64,000 nt of DNA from assembly GCA_903832855.1 (NCBI GenBank), contig CAILDB010000014.1, forward strand, positions 144 through 64,143, read 5' to 3'. Below are positions 1-8,966 of the stretch, piece after piece (position 1 is the stretch's first letter; every line of letters begins with the position of its first letter). The notes beneath the pieces were generated by a model. It was not told where the DNA came from and ran no database searches. It saw only the letters and a list, made by a program, of their open reading frames with translations. Source of the stretch: an uncultured bacterium (GTDB taxonomy: Bacteria > Patescibacteriota > Minisyncoccia > Phycocordibacterales > GWA1-40-21). The position numbers and the translations under genes were made by a program.

Positions 1-120
1 TATAATCTTCATAAATATTGTGCGACACGTTTTTTGTGTTAAAATTACTCCATGGAACTAACAAAAGAGATTATTGAAATATTTGCAAAATGGACAAAAT
101 TAAAAATCCGCATTCAAAAC

Positions 121-146
121 GGAGGCCACCCTTGCGGGTGGCCTCC
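121..146. other. GC-rich perfect hairpin (ggaggccaccc-ttgc-gggtggcctcc) in an AT-rich leader upstream of the recombinase; possible terminator of an upstream minus-strand gene.
   Basis: 11-bp inverted repeat read directly; T-rich on the minus side. Confidence 0.3.
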
Positions 147-220
147 TCGGAACTCCCTTGCGGAAGCAAAATGTACCTAAAGTATATCACCCATCAAATT
201 AAAGTCAAATCAAAAATATT

Positions 221-2530
221 ATGAACATTCAAGAACTCAAAAGACAATTTCTAGAATACATTGAAATAGAGCGTGGTCGTGCACTTAAAACTATTGAAAA
301 TTACGACCGCTATCTCACGCTATTTTTTGAACAGACAAAAATTACCGACCCAAAAGATATTACAAACGAAAAAGTTCGAGAATTCCGTGTCTGGCTCAAT
401 CGCAGTCCTGGCGCAAAAAGCTATCATCTCCTCGGTGAGTCTGCGACCCCTGGTGGAACAATGAGTCGAAAGACACAAAATTTTTATCTTATCGCCTTGC
501 GAGTTTTTTTGAAATTTCTCACTCGTCGCGGTATCACTTCCCTTTCGGCAGATAACATTGAACTTGCAAAAGTTGCTGAACGCACTGTGGACACTATTTC
601 TCCGACAGAATTAAAACGCCTTTTGGACGCGCCAAATAAAGAAGAAAATCCCGAACGCCGTGCCCGAGACAAAGCAATTTTGGAACTTCTTTTTTCTACC
701 GGCCTTCGTGTCTCCGAACTTTGCTCTCTCACAAACGATTTGGATTTAAAGATGGATGAATTTTCCATTCGCGGAAAGGGCGGAAAAGTGCGAGTGGTTT
801 TCCTTTCAGATGAAGCAAAAAGAGCGATAAAAGATTATTTGGTTTTACGAAAAGATATGTCTGACGCGCTCTTTACTCAAATTTCCGAGGACCCGTCCGA
901 AAATAAAGGTTCCGTCATTGCGAGAAGCAAAGCGACGAAGCAATCCAGAAAATTAAAGATGGATCCCGGCCTCCGCCGGGATGACAGAGAGAAAAATAAT
1001 CCGCACAACTTTTTAGACAAAAGAACCATCGCAAGAATAGTCAAACGCTACGCGACTATCGCTGGCATCACTCACAAGGTTACGCCCCACACTTTAAGAC
1101 ATTGCCTTCACCCCGACACTTTAATTTTTGTTCCTCATTCTGTCCTTTCTGCAAAAGATCTGATGAAAAGCAAAACCAAAAAAATAATTTCTATTGATTT
1201 TATGAAAATAAAAGATGAGTTTTCACAGATAACATCCAGAAGTACTCATTTTTCAGAAGATTTAACAAACATTTGGGCTGGAGGTTATGAAATATCTGTC
1301 TCCCCAGAACACAGGTTTTTTACATTAACTCAAAAGGGTATCGAGGAAATTTATACAAAAGATGTCAAAAACGGCGACTATCTCATGGGTATTAAAAAAA
1401 CTGGATTTAATAAACTTATAAAAGGAAGCAAAGCAGACATAGCATTGTGGAGATATATCGGATATATCCTGGGAGATGGCGTTGTTAGTGAAGCTAGACG
1501 TGGTGTAATTATTACCGATAAAAATATTAAATTTCTTGAATTCTATCAGAAACTCATAAAAGATGAACTGGGGTTTACTTCTCAAATTTATCCCCTTAAA
1601 CATTCAAATTCATTTACTTTATCTTATTACTCAAAATTATTTGTCGCTAAACTCAGAAAAATAGGCATAAATGGAAAAGCAAAAGAAAGAAGGGTCCCAC
1701 AATCTGTATTCAGTGCCAGCAAAGAAGAAATAAAATCTTTAATCGCCGGAATATATGATGCCGAAGGAAATGAAGGTACTGGTGGATTAAAATTCTTTTC
1801 TGCAAGCAAGATGTTTCTCAAGGATATTCAAATGTTACTATTGATAATTGGAATTGATGCTCATCTTTACGAAAGAAAAAGAAAAGTCAGATTACCAAAC
1901 ACAAACAAAATTATTAATCACACCATATACACGCTTCAAGTAATCCATAGGCCAGATCAACTATCTTTTAGAGAGAAAATCCCAACAAAAAAAAGGTTAT
2001 TCGTAGAAAATGAGTTTAATGGAGAAAAAATTCCAGTAAGAGAAATTTTGAAGGATATTTATCATAATATGCCTGATAAATGGCACAATTTTTCTAGATT
2101 ATTGAAAAAAAAAGAAGGGATAGATATATATAGATATATAGGAAACACGACAAAAATCGTTCCAAACAAGGAAACTCTCTCAACAATAATAAAATATATG
2201 GGAAAGGTTAAGGTAATAGATGCCCGAATCCAATTATTAAAAAAATTAGTTAGTAATAAAACGATTAAGTGGTTAAGAGTCAGAAAAATAGAGAAAAAAC
2301 GATACAATGCCGAAGTTTATGATTTTTCAGTTGCAAAGAATGAAAACCTGATTACTGATGGCTTTGTCTCTCATAACTGTTTTGCCACCGATTTGCTTAG
2401 TAACGGTGCCGACATCCGTTCCGTTCAAGCAATGCTCGGCCACGCCAACATCGCCACCACGCAGATCTACACTCATGTCACCGACAAACACCTCCGCGAC
2501 ATTCACAAGAAATTCCACAGTAAAAGATAG
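221..2530 (+). CDS. XerC/XerD-family tyrosine recombinase (N-terminal SAM-like domain), interrupted by an intein (1103-2377); the ~344-aa extein carries an in-frame repeat insertion.
   Basis: N-terminus [29 protein letters not shown]-extein [34 protein letters not shown] matches the XerD/XerC C-terminus. Catalytic HTLRH is immediately followed by the intein Cys. Confidence 0.8.
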   Translation: MNIQELKRQFLEYIEIERGRALKTIENYDRYLTLFFEQTKITDPKDITNEKVREFRVWLNRSPGAKSYHLLGESATPGGTMSRKTQNFYLIALRVFLKFLTRRGITSLSADNIELAKVAERTVDTISPTELKRLLDAPNKEENPERRARDKAILELLFSTGLRVSELCSLTNDLDLKMDEFSIRGKGGKVRVVFLSDEAKRAIKDYLVLRKDMSDALFTQISEDPSENKGSVIARSKATKQSRKLKMDPGLRRDDREKNNPHNFLDKRTIARIVKRYATIAGITHKVTPHTLRHCLHPDTLIFVPHSVLSAKDLMKSKTKKIISIDFMKIKDEFSQITSRSTHFSEDLTNIWAGGYEISVSPEHRFFTLTQKGIEEIYTKDVKNGDYLMGIKKTGFNKLIKGSKADIALWRYIGYILGDGVVSEARRGVIITDKNIKFLEFYQKLIKDELGFTSQIYPLKHSNSFTLSYYSKLFVAKLRKIGINGKAKERRVPQSVFSASKEEIKSLIAGIYDAEGNEGTGGLKFFSASKMFLKDIQMLLLIIGIDAHLYERKRKVRLPNTNKIINHTIYTLQVIHRPDQLSFREKIPTKKRLFVENEFNGEKIPVREILKDIYHNMPDKWHNFSRLLKKKEGIDIYRYIGNTTKIVPNKETLSTIIKYMGKVKVIDARIQLLKKLVSNKTIKWLRVRKIEKKRYNAEVYDFSVAKNENLITDGFVSHNCFATDLLSNGADIRSVQAMLGHANIATTQIYTHVTDKHLRDIHKKFHSKR
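911..986. repeat. Composite palindromic repeat inserted in-frame in the recombinase extein (encodes [12 protein letters not shown]...[10 protein letters not shown]): a tccgtcattgcgag...gcaatccag unit plus the GC hairpin atggatcccggcctccgccgggatgaca.
   Basis: The same hairpin family recurs at 26447 and 56738. The cgtcattgcga unit recurs at 22492. Confidence 0.5.
1103..2377 (+). mobile_element. Intein (425 aa) with a LAGLIDADG homing endonuclease domain, inserted after the catalytic HTLRH of the recombinase.
   Basis: Block A: CLHPDTLIF. Block B: [17 protein letters not shown] motifs: [10 protein letters not shown] and [13 protein letters not shown]. Block F: AEVYDFSV. Block G: ITDGFVSHN followed by a +1 Cys. 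Confidence 0.8.
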
Positions 2531-2574
2531 TGTTTATGCTATAATACCTATATTAATAGCTAACAAATACAAAT

Positions 2575-2937
2575 ATGGACCAACAAAATCCAAATCAACA
2601 AGCCCCACAAACAGTAAATCAAAATATCGAGATAGATCACGACAAACTTTGGGGCATTCTCGCATATGTTTTCTTTCTTATTCCCCTACTTGCGGTGAAA
2701 AATCGCTCATCTTTTTTGAACTATCACATCAATCAGGGAATTATTTTATTTATCGTCGTGTGTGCAGGAAATCTCGGTCTTGGAATTTTACCTTGGTGGC
2801 TTGCGATGTTTACTTTATTGAAATTTGTTTGGAACGGTTTGTCTGTCGCACTTCTCGTCATCGGAATTATGAATGTTTTGAAAAGAGAGATGAAACCGTT
2901 GCCAGTCATTGGAAAACTTTTCAATTTTTTGAAATAG
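2575..2937 (+). CDS. Small membrane protein, DUF4870-like.
   Basis: WGILAYVFFLIPLL...FLNYHINQGIILFIV with two hydrophobic segments. Confidence 0.45.
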   Translation: MDQQNPNQQAPQTVNQNIEIDHDKLWGILAYVFFLIPLLAVKNRSSFLNYHINQGIILFIVVCAGNLGLGILPWWLAMFTLLKFVWNGLSVALLVIGIMNVLKREMKPLPVIGKLFNFLK

Positions 2938-2941
2938 CAAC

Positions 2942-3745
2942 ATGAAACTCATTTCTTGGAACGTAAACGGCCTGCGCGCCTTAGAAAAAAAAGATAAATG
3001 GAATCAGGTTTTTGAGTTTGATCCGGATATTATTTGTTTGCAAGAGACAAAGGCACATCCCGAACAACTTTCCGAAGGCGTCCGTTCCCCCGCCGGCTAC
3101 CACGCATTTTTTGATCATTCAAAAGTGAAAAAAGGTTACAGTGGCGTGGCAATTTACATTAAAGATAAACTTTTCTCCTCTGTCATTCCCGCGCAGGCGG
3201 GAATCCAGTTCCCTAAAATTGAATACGGCCTTGGAATTTCAAAATTTGACGAAGAGGGTCGCACACTCGTAGCATATTTCAAAAATTTTGTTTTAATAAA
3301 TATTTATTTTCCAAACGGCGGAGGCGGACAAGACAGATTAGATTTCAAAATGGAATATTATGATGAGTTTTTGAAATTTATAGAAAAGCTGCGCAAATCC
3401 GGCAAAAGCGTGATTTTTTGCGGAGATGTAAACACCGCACACAATGAAATCGACATCGCCCACCCAAAAGAAAATGAAAATCACAGCGGATTTATGAGAA
3501 TTGAAAGAGATTGGATGGACAAACTTGTTTCGCTCGGTTGGACAGATACTTTCCGCGCCTTGCATCCAAAAGAAATTAAATATTCTTGGTGGGATATGAA
3601 AACATTTGCTCGTGACCGCAACATCGGCTGGCGTCTGGATTACTTTTTCGTCTCGCCCGACCTCGCGCCAAAGGTCTCTCGTGCAGAAATCTTAAATAAT
3701 GTTTTTGGCTCCGACCATTGTCCAGTTTTGCTGGAATTGAAATAA
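2942..3745 (+). CDS. xth: Exodeoxyribonuclease III (AP endonuclease).
   Basis: MKLISWNVNGLRA...DIICLQETK...SDHCPV: canonical Xth/APE motifs. Confidence 0.85.
   Translation: MKLISWNVNGLRALEKKDKWNQVFEFDPDIICLQETKAHPEQLSEGVRSPAGYHAFFDHSKVKKGYSGVAIYIKDKLFSSVIPAQAGIQFPKIEYGLGISKFDEEGRTLVAYFKNFVLINIYFPNGGGGQDRLDFKMEYYDEFLKFIEKLRKSGKSVIFCGDVNTAHNEIDIAHPKENENHSGFMRIERDWMDKLVSLGWTDTFRALHPKEIKYSWWDMKTFARDRNIGWRLDYFFVSPDLAPKVSRAEILNNVFGSDHCPVLLELK
3182..3208. repeat. Palindromic unit gtcattcccgcgcaggcgggaatccag embedded in-frame in xth (encodes VIPAQAGIQ).
   Basis: Perfect 9-bp stem gtcattccc/gggaatccag-type; a related unit occurs at 22549. Confidence 0.45.
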
Positions 3746-3788
3746 AACCTTATTTAAAGCCCTATAATTATCTATCCACAATTTAAAT

Positions 3789-3817
3789 TTGCAATTATAT
3801 AATGGATACCATATAAT
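3789..3817 (+). promoter_or_regulatory. Sigma70-like promoter TTGCAA-17-TATAAT.
   Basis: Hexamers and 17-bp spacer read directly. Confidence 0.35.
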
Positions 3818-3823
3818 AGTCTT

Positions 3824-3925
3824 ACAAAGATTTGATGTTTCGAACTGTCACCGGATGGTGGCGTGGCTGGGACAACCAGCATAGAGCAACTTATCGGAGA
3901 GAGGCCCTTCGGGGCTTTTCTTTTA
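3824..3925 (+). ncRNA. Candidate ~100-nt small RNA or leader: GC-rich body ending in a UUCG-loop terminator.
   Basis: Promoter at 3789-3817; hairpin aggccc-ttcg-gggctt plus a T-run at 3902-3925. Confidence 0.2.
3902..3925 (+). terminator. Rho-independent terminator (stem aggccc/gggctt, UUCG loop, T-run).
   Basis: Read directly. Confidence 0.5.
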
Positions 3926-3944
3926 CATCCTTAAGATACATAGC

Positions 3945-3953
3945 TGTGGATAA
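3945..3953 (-). promoter_or_regulatory. Perfect DnaA box (TGTGGATAA = TTATCCACA on the minus strand), 30 bp upstream of the -10 of the LexA-MTase gene.
   Basis: Exact 9-mer. Confidence 0.5.
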
Positions 3954-3983
3954 CTTTGTATTGCAGAGTTTCTATTTACTTTC

Positions 3984-3989
3984 TATAAT
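3984..3989 (+). promoter_or_regulatory. -10 TATAAT only 6 nt before the ATG at 3996 (leaderless transcript).
   Basis: Spacing read directly. Confidence 0.35.
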
Positions 3990-3995
3990 ATATGA

Positions 3996-5495
3996 ATGGC
4001 AAAAGACATGCAAATAAAGGTGTTTAACTTTATTAAAAATTTTGAAAAGAAAAAGAAGTTTTCCCCTTCATTAAAAGAAATCTGTAATAAATTTAACTAC
4101 TCCTCTGTCTCGACGGCGTCCTTTCACATCAAGAACCTTCAGGATAGCGGATTTTTAGTTAGAGAAAAAGGTAAACCCAGATCAATAGAAACCTTTGATT
4201 ATGAAAAACTAATTCGCATACCATTTTTAGGTAAGATATCAGCGGGAAGACCAATAGAGAGAATGTCAGAAAGAGAGTTTATTGCTATACCACAAAGTAA
4301 AATTCCAAGAACAGGAAATATATTCGCACTTGAGGTGTCCGGCAATAGCATGATTGAAGAAAATATCAATGATGGAGATGTTGTACTAGTTAAAGAACAA
4401 AACGTGGCCGATAACGGGCAGAAAGTTATCGCCTTGGTTGATAATTATGAAACAACATTAAAAACTTTTTACAGAGAAAGAAATCAGGTAGTCCTCAAGC
4501 CAGCAAATAAAGAATTTGAGCCAATAATTATTCCAAAAACAAAACAACTCGAAATACAGGGGGTTGTCATTGATGTTATAAAAAATGAAGGCAATAAAGT
4601 CCCGGCTGAAAAAATAATCAAAAGATCAGACGAACTTCCCCTAAACAAGATAATCCTAAATGATGCGGTGGAAGAATTAAAAAGGTTACCAGACGACAGC
4701 TGTGATGTAATAATAATTGACCCCCCATATAATATAGGGAAAGATTTTGGAAATAACATAGACAAAAGAGAACTCAGTGAATATATAAGATGGTCAAAAA
4801 GTTGGATTGACCAATCTATAAGAGTGTTAAAACCTACTGGAACGATGTTTATCTATGGGTTTAGTGAAATTCTTGCCCATTTATCAGTTGAAATATCCAT
4901 AAACAAAAGATGGCTAATTTGGCATTATACAAATAAAAATGTCGCCTCATTAAATTTTTGGCAAAGAAGCCATGAATCAATAATTTGTGCATGGAAAGAT
5001 AAGCCTGTATTTAATAAAGATTCGGTCAGAGAGCCATACACGGAAGGATTTTTAAACGGCGCTGCTGGAAAAATCAGAAAAGGAACAGTGGGTAGGTTCA
5101 GCAGTAGTGGGCAAGAAACGGTTTACAAGGCACATGAAGGCGGTGCCCTACCCCGTGATGTTATCAAGATCCCTGCATTAGCCGGAGGAGCAGGAATGAA
5201 TGAACGTTGGTTCATTTGTAAGACATGTAATAAAATCTGCGAGCCTAGAAAATTAAAGGAACATCTTACGCACATTACTGAAAAACACCCGACGCAAAAA
5301 CCGTTAGAACTTTGTAGAAAATTAATTAAGTCAGCGATGCCTAACCAAAACGGGGTGGTATTGGTTCCTTTTGTCGGTTCTGGAGCCGAATGTGCAGCGG
5401 CAAAAGAATTAGGACAAAATTATATCGGATTTGAGATCAACCCAGATTATATAGAACTTGCTGAGAAAGTGATTTCCTCAACTAAAATTAAATAG
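3996..5495 (+). CDS. Fusion protein: LexA-like repressor (wHTH plus S24 peptidase with AG cleavage site, Ser in SGNSM, Lys in LKTF) fused to a beta-class DNA methyltransferase.
   Basis: The N-terminal ~200 aa align along the full length of LexA. C-terminal MTase motifs are DPPY (motif IV), HPTQKP and PFVGSGAE (motif I); motif IV precedes motif I, which defines the beta class. Confidence 0.7.
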   Translation: MAKDMQIKVFNFIKNFEKKKKFSPSLKEICNKFNYSSVSTASFHIKNLQDSGFLVREKGKPRSIETFDYEKLIRIPFLGKISAGRPIERMSEREFIAIPQSKIPRTGNIFALEVSGNSMIEENINDGDVVLVKEQNVADNGQKVIALVDNYETTLKTFYRERNQVVLKPANKEFEPIIIPKTKQLEIQGVVIDVIKNEGNKVPAEKIIKRSDELPLNKIILNDAVEELKRLPDDSCDVIIIDPPYNIGKDFGNNIDKRELSEYIRWSKSWIDQSIRVLKPTGTMFIYGFSEILAHLSVEISINKRWLIWHYTNKNVASLNFWQRSHESIICAWKDKPVFNKDSVREPYTEGFLNGAAGKIRKGTVGRFSSSGQETVYKAHEGGALPRDVIKIPALAGGAGMNERWFICKTCNKICEPRKLKEHLTHITEKHPTQKPLELCRKLIKSAMPNQNGVVLVPFVGSGAECAAAKELGQNYIGFEINPDYIELAEKVISSTKIK

Positions 5496-5499
5496 GTGC

Positions 5500-6195
5500 C
5501 TATTTAATTTTCTGATCTATTTTCCTTTTCTCCCCTTCAAAAGTTAATGGGGTAAAGACGACAAACCCATTTTTAAATCTCTCTAAATTTTTATTATTTG
5601 TAAAATCGGTGTAGGGTTTCCTCCACTCCCCTTTTTTTGTTTTGGGGTTACTAAAAATATCAGAAGGCGGTACAATATACAAAATATCAATAAATTCCCC
5701 CTCAAGTTTAGTTTTTGAAGCGTCTTTATCCCTTCTAACCTCCCTACTATGAGTTTCTTTTTTAACTTGGTAGTTTAGTTTATAACCTTTATAATTTATC
5801 CTAAAATCAGCCCCTTTATGATCTAATTCCTCACTCATTTCAACACTTTTTTCTCCAAATACCGATTCGGCGACATACCCCGCATGTATTTGAGTGATTA
5901 TACTTGCCCATGTTCTATATATTCTGGCTGGTAAGCCAAGATAAAAACATTTCTGGCACATCTGTATCTTTTTTCTAAAAGTTTCTAAATTGTTACTTAA
6001 AGTAGATTTGTATTCATTATAAAAATCATCAAAATTCAAAAACTTTTTATCATTCCAATAAACTTTATATAGAAAAGATATTGCCTGAATTTCTTTCGGC
6101 AAATCCATTTCTACTATTTTTATCGGACGAAATCTTTCTCTATAAGAACTAAGATCAACCGTTTTCAGAAATTTTGTAAATTTATCTAAATGCAT
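5500..6195 (-). CDS. Putative type II restriction endonuclease, convergent with and 4 bp from the MTase.
   Basis: Convergent R-M layout. DLSSYRERFRPIKIVEMDLP...LGLPARIYRTWASIITQIH...YQVKKETHSRE...KNGFVVF resembles, from memory, a TaqI-family endonuclease; this is not verifiable here. Confidence 0.4.
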   Translation of the reverse strand: MHLDKFTKFLKTVDLSSYRERFRPIKIVEMDLPKEIQAISFLYKVYWNDKKFLNFDDFYNEYKSTLSNNLETFRKKIQMCQKCFYLGLPARIYRTWASIITQIHAGYVAESVFGEKSVEMSEELDHKGADFRINYKGYKLNYQVKKETHSREVRRDKDASKTKLEGEFIDILYIVPPSDIFSNPKTKKGEWRKPYTDFTNNKNLERFKNGFVVFTPLTFEGEKRKIDQKIK

Positions 6196-6326
6196 GTTTT
6201 ATCTATGTATCGAAATCCTAGCACAATGTTACAAAAATCACAAAATTTGGCACCTATTTTAAAATTGCTTTACAAAAAAGCTAATGTATGCTATAAGTAT
6301 ATAAGAAGAAAACGCATCAATCCAAC

Positions 6327-6524
6327 ATGGAGAAAGAAATGAAAAAACCTGAGGACTTCTTGGCTTGGGCCAAAGAAGAATGGCCGAAAGCCTCTTCTAT
6401 CGCACGGGCGAGGATCAGTGCAAAGGTAAAAACACTCGAGAGACACGGAAGGATTGACTCGAAACAAGCGACCGCTTTTTTCGAAGCCATGAGGACCGCA
6501 AGAAAAGAGATGCGAAAGGGATGA
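6327..6524 (+). CDS. Small hypothetical protein (65 aa).
   Basis: ORF followed directly by a terminator. Confidence 0.4.
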   Translation: MEKEMKKPEDFLAWAKEEWPKASSIARARISAKVKTLERHGRIDSKQATAFFEAMRTARKEMRKG

Positions 6525-6557
6525 GGAGGCTGAATTCGTTCAGACCTCCTTTTTTTA
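6524..6557 (+). terminator. Rho-independent terminator (aggaggctgaa-ttcg-ttcagacctcct then TTTTTTT).
   Basis: Read directly. Confidence 0.6.
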
Positions 6558-6579
6558 ATGCTAAATCTGGAACTTATTT

Positions 6580-7572
6580 TTATTGACTTGCAAAAGTTTT
6601 CAGAATCGCCAAAAATTGTCCGCCATTCGCATCCAAATCAAATTCTTTACTAACAAGTCCTGGAATTCCTTTTGACATCGCTTCGAGCTTTGCTTCATCA
6701 ATTCCCTGTTCCCGGATTACTTCTTCAAAGGCTGCGAGACTAGCACCATAAACCTCTTTTGCTCTAGCGTTTCCAACTCTTTCCGCAAGTTTTATCAAAA
6801 AACGCATCTGGGCCAAGGCTTCTTTTATAAAATGAAATCTCAATGGGTTCTGGGAGGCCTTTTCTTTCACTACGGCATTTCCTTTATCACTTTCGTATGC
6901 AAGAAAATCTTCTTCTGCTTCTTTGAGTGCCTCTCCAGTACAAGATACAATCACTTTCGGCATTTTAAAATTTTTCAGTCTGATTTTTTTCGGTCCGTCT
7001 TTTGTTATTATTTCTGCTTCAAAATATTTCATTGATGGAATTCTCCCCTGAGTTATTTGGACTATTTCATCAAACATTTTTTTCTTTGCCTCAGTATGAG
7101 AAATAGTAAAGTCCACAGAAAAACCCAAACATCTGACGGATCTTTCATCCTCCACCACTTCATTTGGTGTCATCTGAATAGCCATATCTATACCACGAAA
7201 TAAATCATCATAAAGAGTAGGATTAATTACTCTTACATTATCCCCCATCCAACCAAGCTCCCTTATCGCTTGTGGAATCATAATTTCCACAAAGTCTGCG
7301 TCCATATCTGCTTCTCTCTGATGACCCTCAACGTCTTGCCTCTTTCTTTTTATACCCGCCATCTTTGCGTCAACCTTTGAAACATCGTCTCTCACTTCTG
7401 CTTCAGAAAATAAAACTTCTTGCTTGCCCTTAAATGTTTGAGTAAGACCAATAAAATTTGTTGGGTCAATTCTTTGATATTCCAAAGTTGATGTGACTTC
7501 TTCAATAAATTTTCGCAAGTCATGCATATCACTTCCCCCTTCAACATTTCCTGGTGTAAATTTTTCTTTCAT
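6580..7572 (-). CDS. Hypothetical protein (330 aa), no recognised domain.
   Basis: Long ORF with coherent codon usage. Confidence 0.5.
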   Translation of the reverse strand: MKEKFTPGNVEGGSDMHDLRKFIEEVTSTLEYQRIDPTNFIGLTQTFKGKQEVLFSEAEVRDDVSKVDAKMAGIKRKRQDVEGHQREADMDADFVEIMIPQAIRELGWMGDNVRVINPTLYDDLFRGIDMAIQMTPNEVVEDERSVRCLGFSVDFTISHTEAKKKMFDEIVQITQGRIPSMKYFEAEIITKDGPKKIRLKNFKMPKVIVSCTGEALKEAEEDFLAYESDKGNAVVKEKASQNPLRFHFIKEALAQMRFLIKLAERVGNARAKEVYGASLAAFEEVIREQGIDEAKLEAMSKGIPGLVSKEFDLDANGGQFLAILKTFASQ

Positions 7573-7682
7573 AATAGTTTAATTATAAAAAACATTTTAC
7601 AAAAAGACAATGTAAAAAGAATATTTGTTTACAAAATGTCCTTTATTTGTTGGCTTAAATCATAAAGGACATTATTAAAAAG

Positions 7683-7691
7683 TTATCCACA
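7683..7691 (+). promoter_or_regulatory. Perfect DnaA box TTATCCACA immediately upstream of a -35 element.
   Basis: Exact 9-mer. Confidence 0.5.
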
Positions 7692-7701
7692 GGTATGTCC
7701 T

Positions 7702-7730
7702 TTACATGTCTTTTATAAAAAAGGTATAAT
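7702..7730 (+). promoter_or_regulatory. Sigma70 promoter TTACAT-17-TATAAT.
   Basis: Read directly. Confidence 0.45.
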
Positions 7731-7736
7731 ACTAGC

Positions 7737-8005
7737 AGAGGTCAACCAGAGATTAAATTTGTGCAACTCAAATCCAATCTCCTATCTCAGGATGACCGTG
7801 TTCTTTCCAAGAGGTTTGGCCACCTCAAGAAAGGTTTGCAAAGTTAGGTCTTGTTTATCGCGCGGGGCGCGGTTGCGTTTGCCTTATTATTTTGTGACGT
7901 TATCGTCACTCGGGGCATCATCGCAGAAACAAAATCTTACTCGGCGTTCGCTTTCGCCGTCCGGTTTCACAATCGTGTTCTGGGCGGTTTTTTGTTGCTT
8001 TTTTG
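7737..8005 (+). ncRNA. Candidate ~260-nt structured ncRNA: GC-rich body in an AT-rich intergenic region, complementary 5' and 3' ends, T-rich 3' tail.
   Basis: Promoter at 7702-7730. Internal hairpins gcgcgggg/cgcgg and gtgacg-ttat-cgtcac. Ends with ggcggttttttgttgctttttt. ORF 7759-8019 is judged spurious. Confidence 0.25.
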
Positions 8006-8015
8006 TAAATAGGTC

Positions 8016-8423
8016 CTAAAGCACGATATCTTCAAGTATCTGTACTCTACCAACCCTTTTTTGCATAGAAACAAACACACAAACCACATCAAACTGCCAC
8101 TCCGTTTCATCTGAAACATCTGCCTCTAGGAGATAAGTCTGAATAGTACGGCTTAAACGCTTGATTTTCCAAGGGTGCATGTTATCTTCTGGTCTGAAAC
8201 CATCGTTTTCCCTATTCTGACCGGTATTTGAAACACTACCAAAGTTTTCCCGCGAAACACTTTTGACCTCAACAAAGTGTATTCTCCCTTGTTTTTCGGC
8301 AATTATATCAATTTCTCCCCATTTTTTACGATAATTCCTTAAAATAACACTAAATCCGTGTTTCATGAGAAACTTACAAGCAATTTCCTCACCGATTACC
8401 CCCAATTCGTTGTGTTTTGCCAT
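8016..8423 (-). CDS. yraN: YraN/UPF0102 family putative endonuclease.
   Basis: KGEEIACKFLMKHGFSVILRNYR..GEIDIIA...VEVK is the UPF0102 pattern. Confidence 0.6.
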   Translation of the reverse strand: MAKHNELGVIGEEIACKFLMKHGFSVILRNYRKKWGEIDIIAEKQGRIHFVEVKSVSRENFGSVSNTGQNRENDGFRPEDNMHPWKIKRLSRTIQTYLLEADVSDETEWQFDVVCVFVSMQKRVGRVQILEDIVL

Positions 8424-8676
8424 AGTTTTTACTTATTTTTGAACTATTTTAAGTAATTATAGCACCTTTTTGTTTTCATGTGTAACATTTTGGCAAAATG
8501 TTACTTAGAAACATATTTTGTATGTTTCGCGTGAAAACACCCAGAAATAAGGACATTTTTAAGACAAGTCCTATAATTTCAGCCATATTTATAGCCATAT
8601 TCCGTCAAAGACCCGCAAAAATGGCCTATTTTCTTAGACAAAGCAAAAACTGTCTTTAATCCACATATACACAGAG

Positions 8677-8685
8677 TTATCCACA
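8677..8685 (+). promoter_or_regulatory. Perfect DnaA box TTATCCACA; near-box TAATCCACA at 8657-8665.
   Basis: Exact 9-mer. Confidence 0.45.
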
Positions 8686-8786
8686 GTTTCACAAAAGCGA
8701 GTTTATTTAATCAGTGTTTCTCAGCGTAGGGGATTGGCAACTATTTAGAAGCGTGTTTATTTTTTGTCTTTTAGAATTTTTAACAT

Positions 8787-8799
8787 GGCGCCGGGAATC
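8787..8799 (-). repeat. 13-nt duplicate of the tRNA-Gly 3' end (GATTCCCGGCGCC in tRNA sense), 170 bp beyond the intact tRNA; possible relic att site.
   Basis: Exact match to 8970-8982 on the same strand. Confidence 0.5.
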
Positions 8800-8927
8800 T
8801 GTCACAGATTGTTTGCTCGTCGCCACTCGCAAACATCCGCGACCCCGACTCAATCATTTTTCTTGCTAGAAAAATAATTTCCGTCTTTCGATTCCCTAAA
8901 ATAACTAGTTTGGACTAGTTATTTTCG

Positions 8928-8966
8928 CCGCACAAAATAAAATGGCCTTTCGGCCTTTTATTTTGT
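8928..8966. terminator. Long perfect hairpin gcacaaaataaaatggcc-tttc-ggccttttattttgtgc abutting the tRNA-Gly 3' end.
   Basis: Read directly. Confidence 0.55.

Noticed and set aside
2358-2945. 195-aa plus-strand ORF overlapping the recombinase C-extein and DUF4870 gene
   Set aside because: Out-of-frame overlap with two well-supported genes and an implausible composition.
7737-8005. Possible RNase P RNA (5' gaggtcaaccagag resembling the GAAGCUGACCAGAC start of the E. coli RNase P RNA; 3' ggtttcac resembling GGUCAGUUUCACC)
   Set aside because: It is too short (~260 nt) and lacks the universally conserved P4 strand GGAAAGUCCGGGC and the other conserved regions (CRs). It is kept only as a generic ncRNA candidate.
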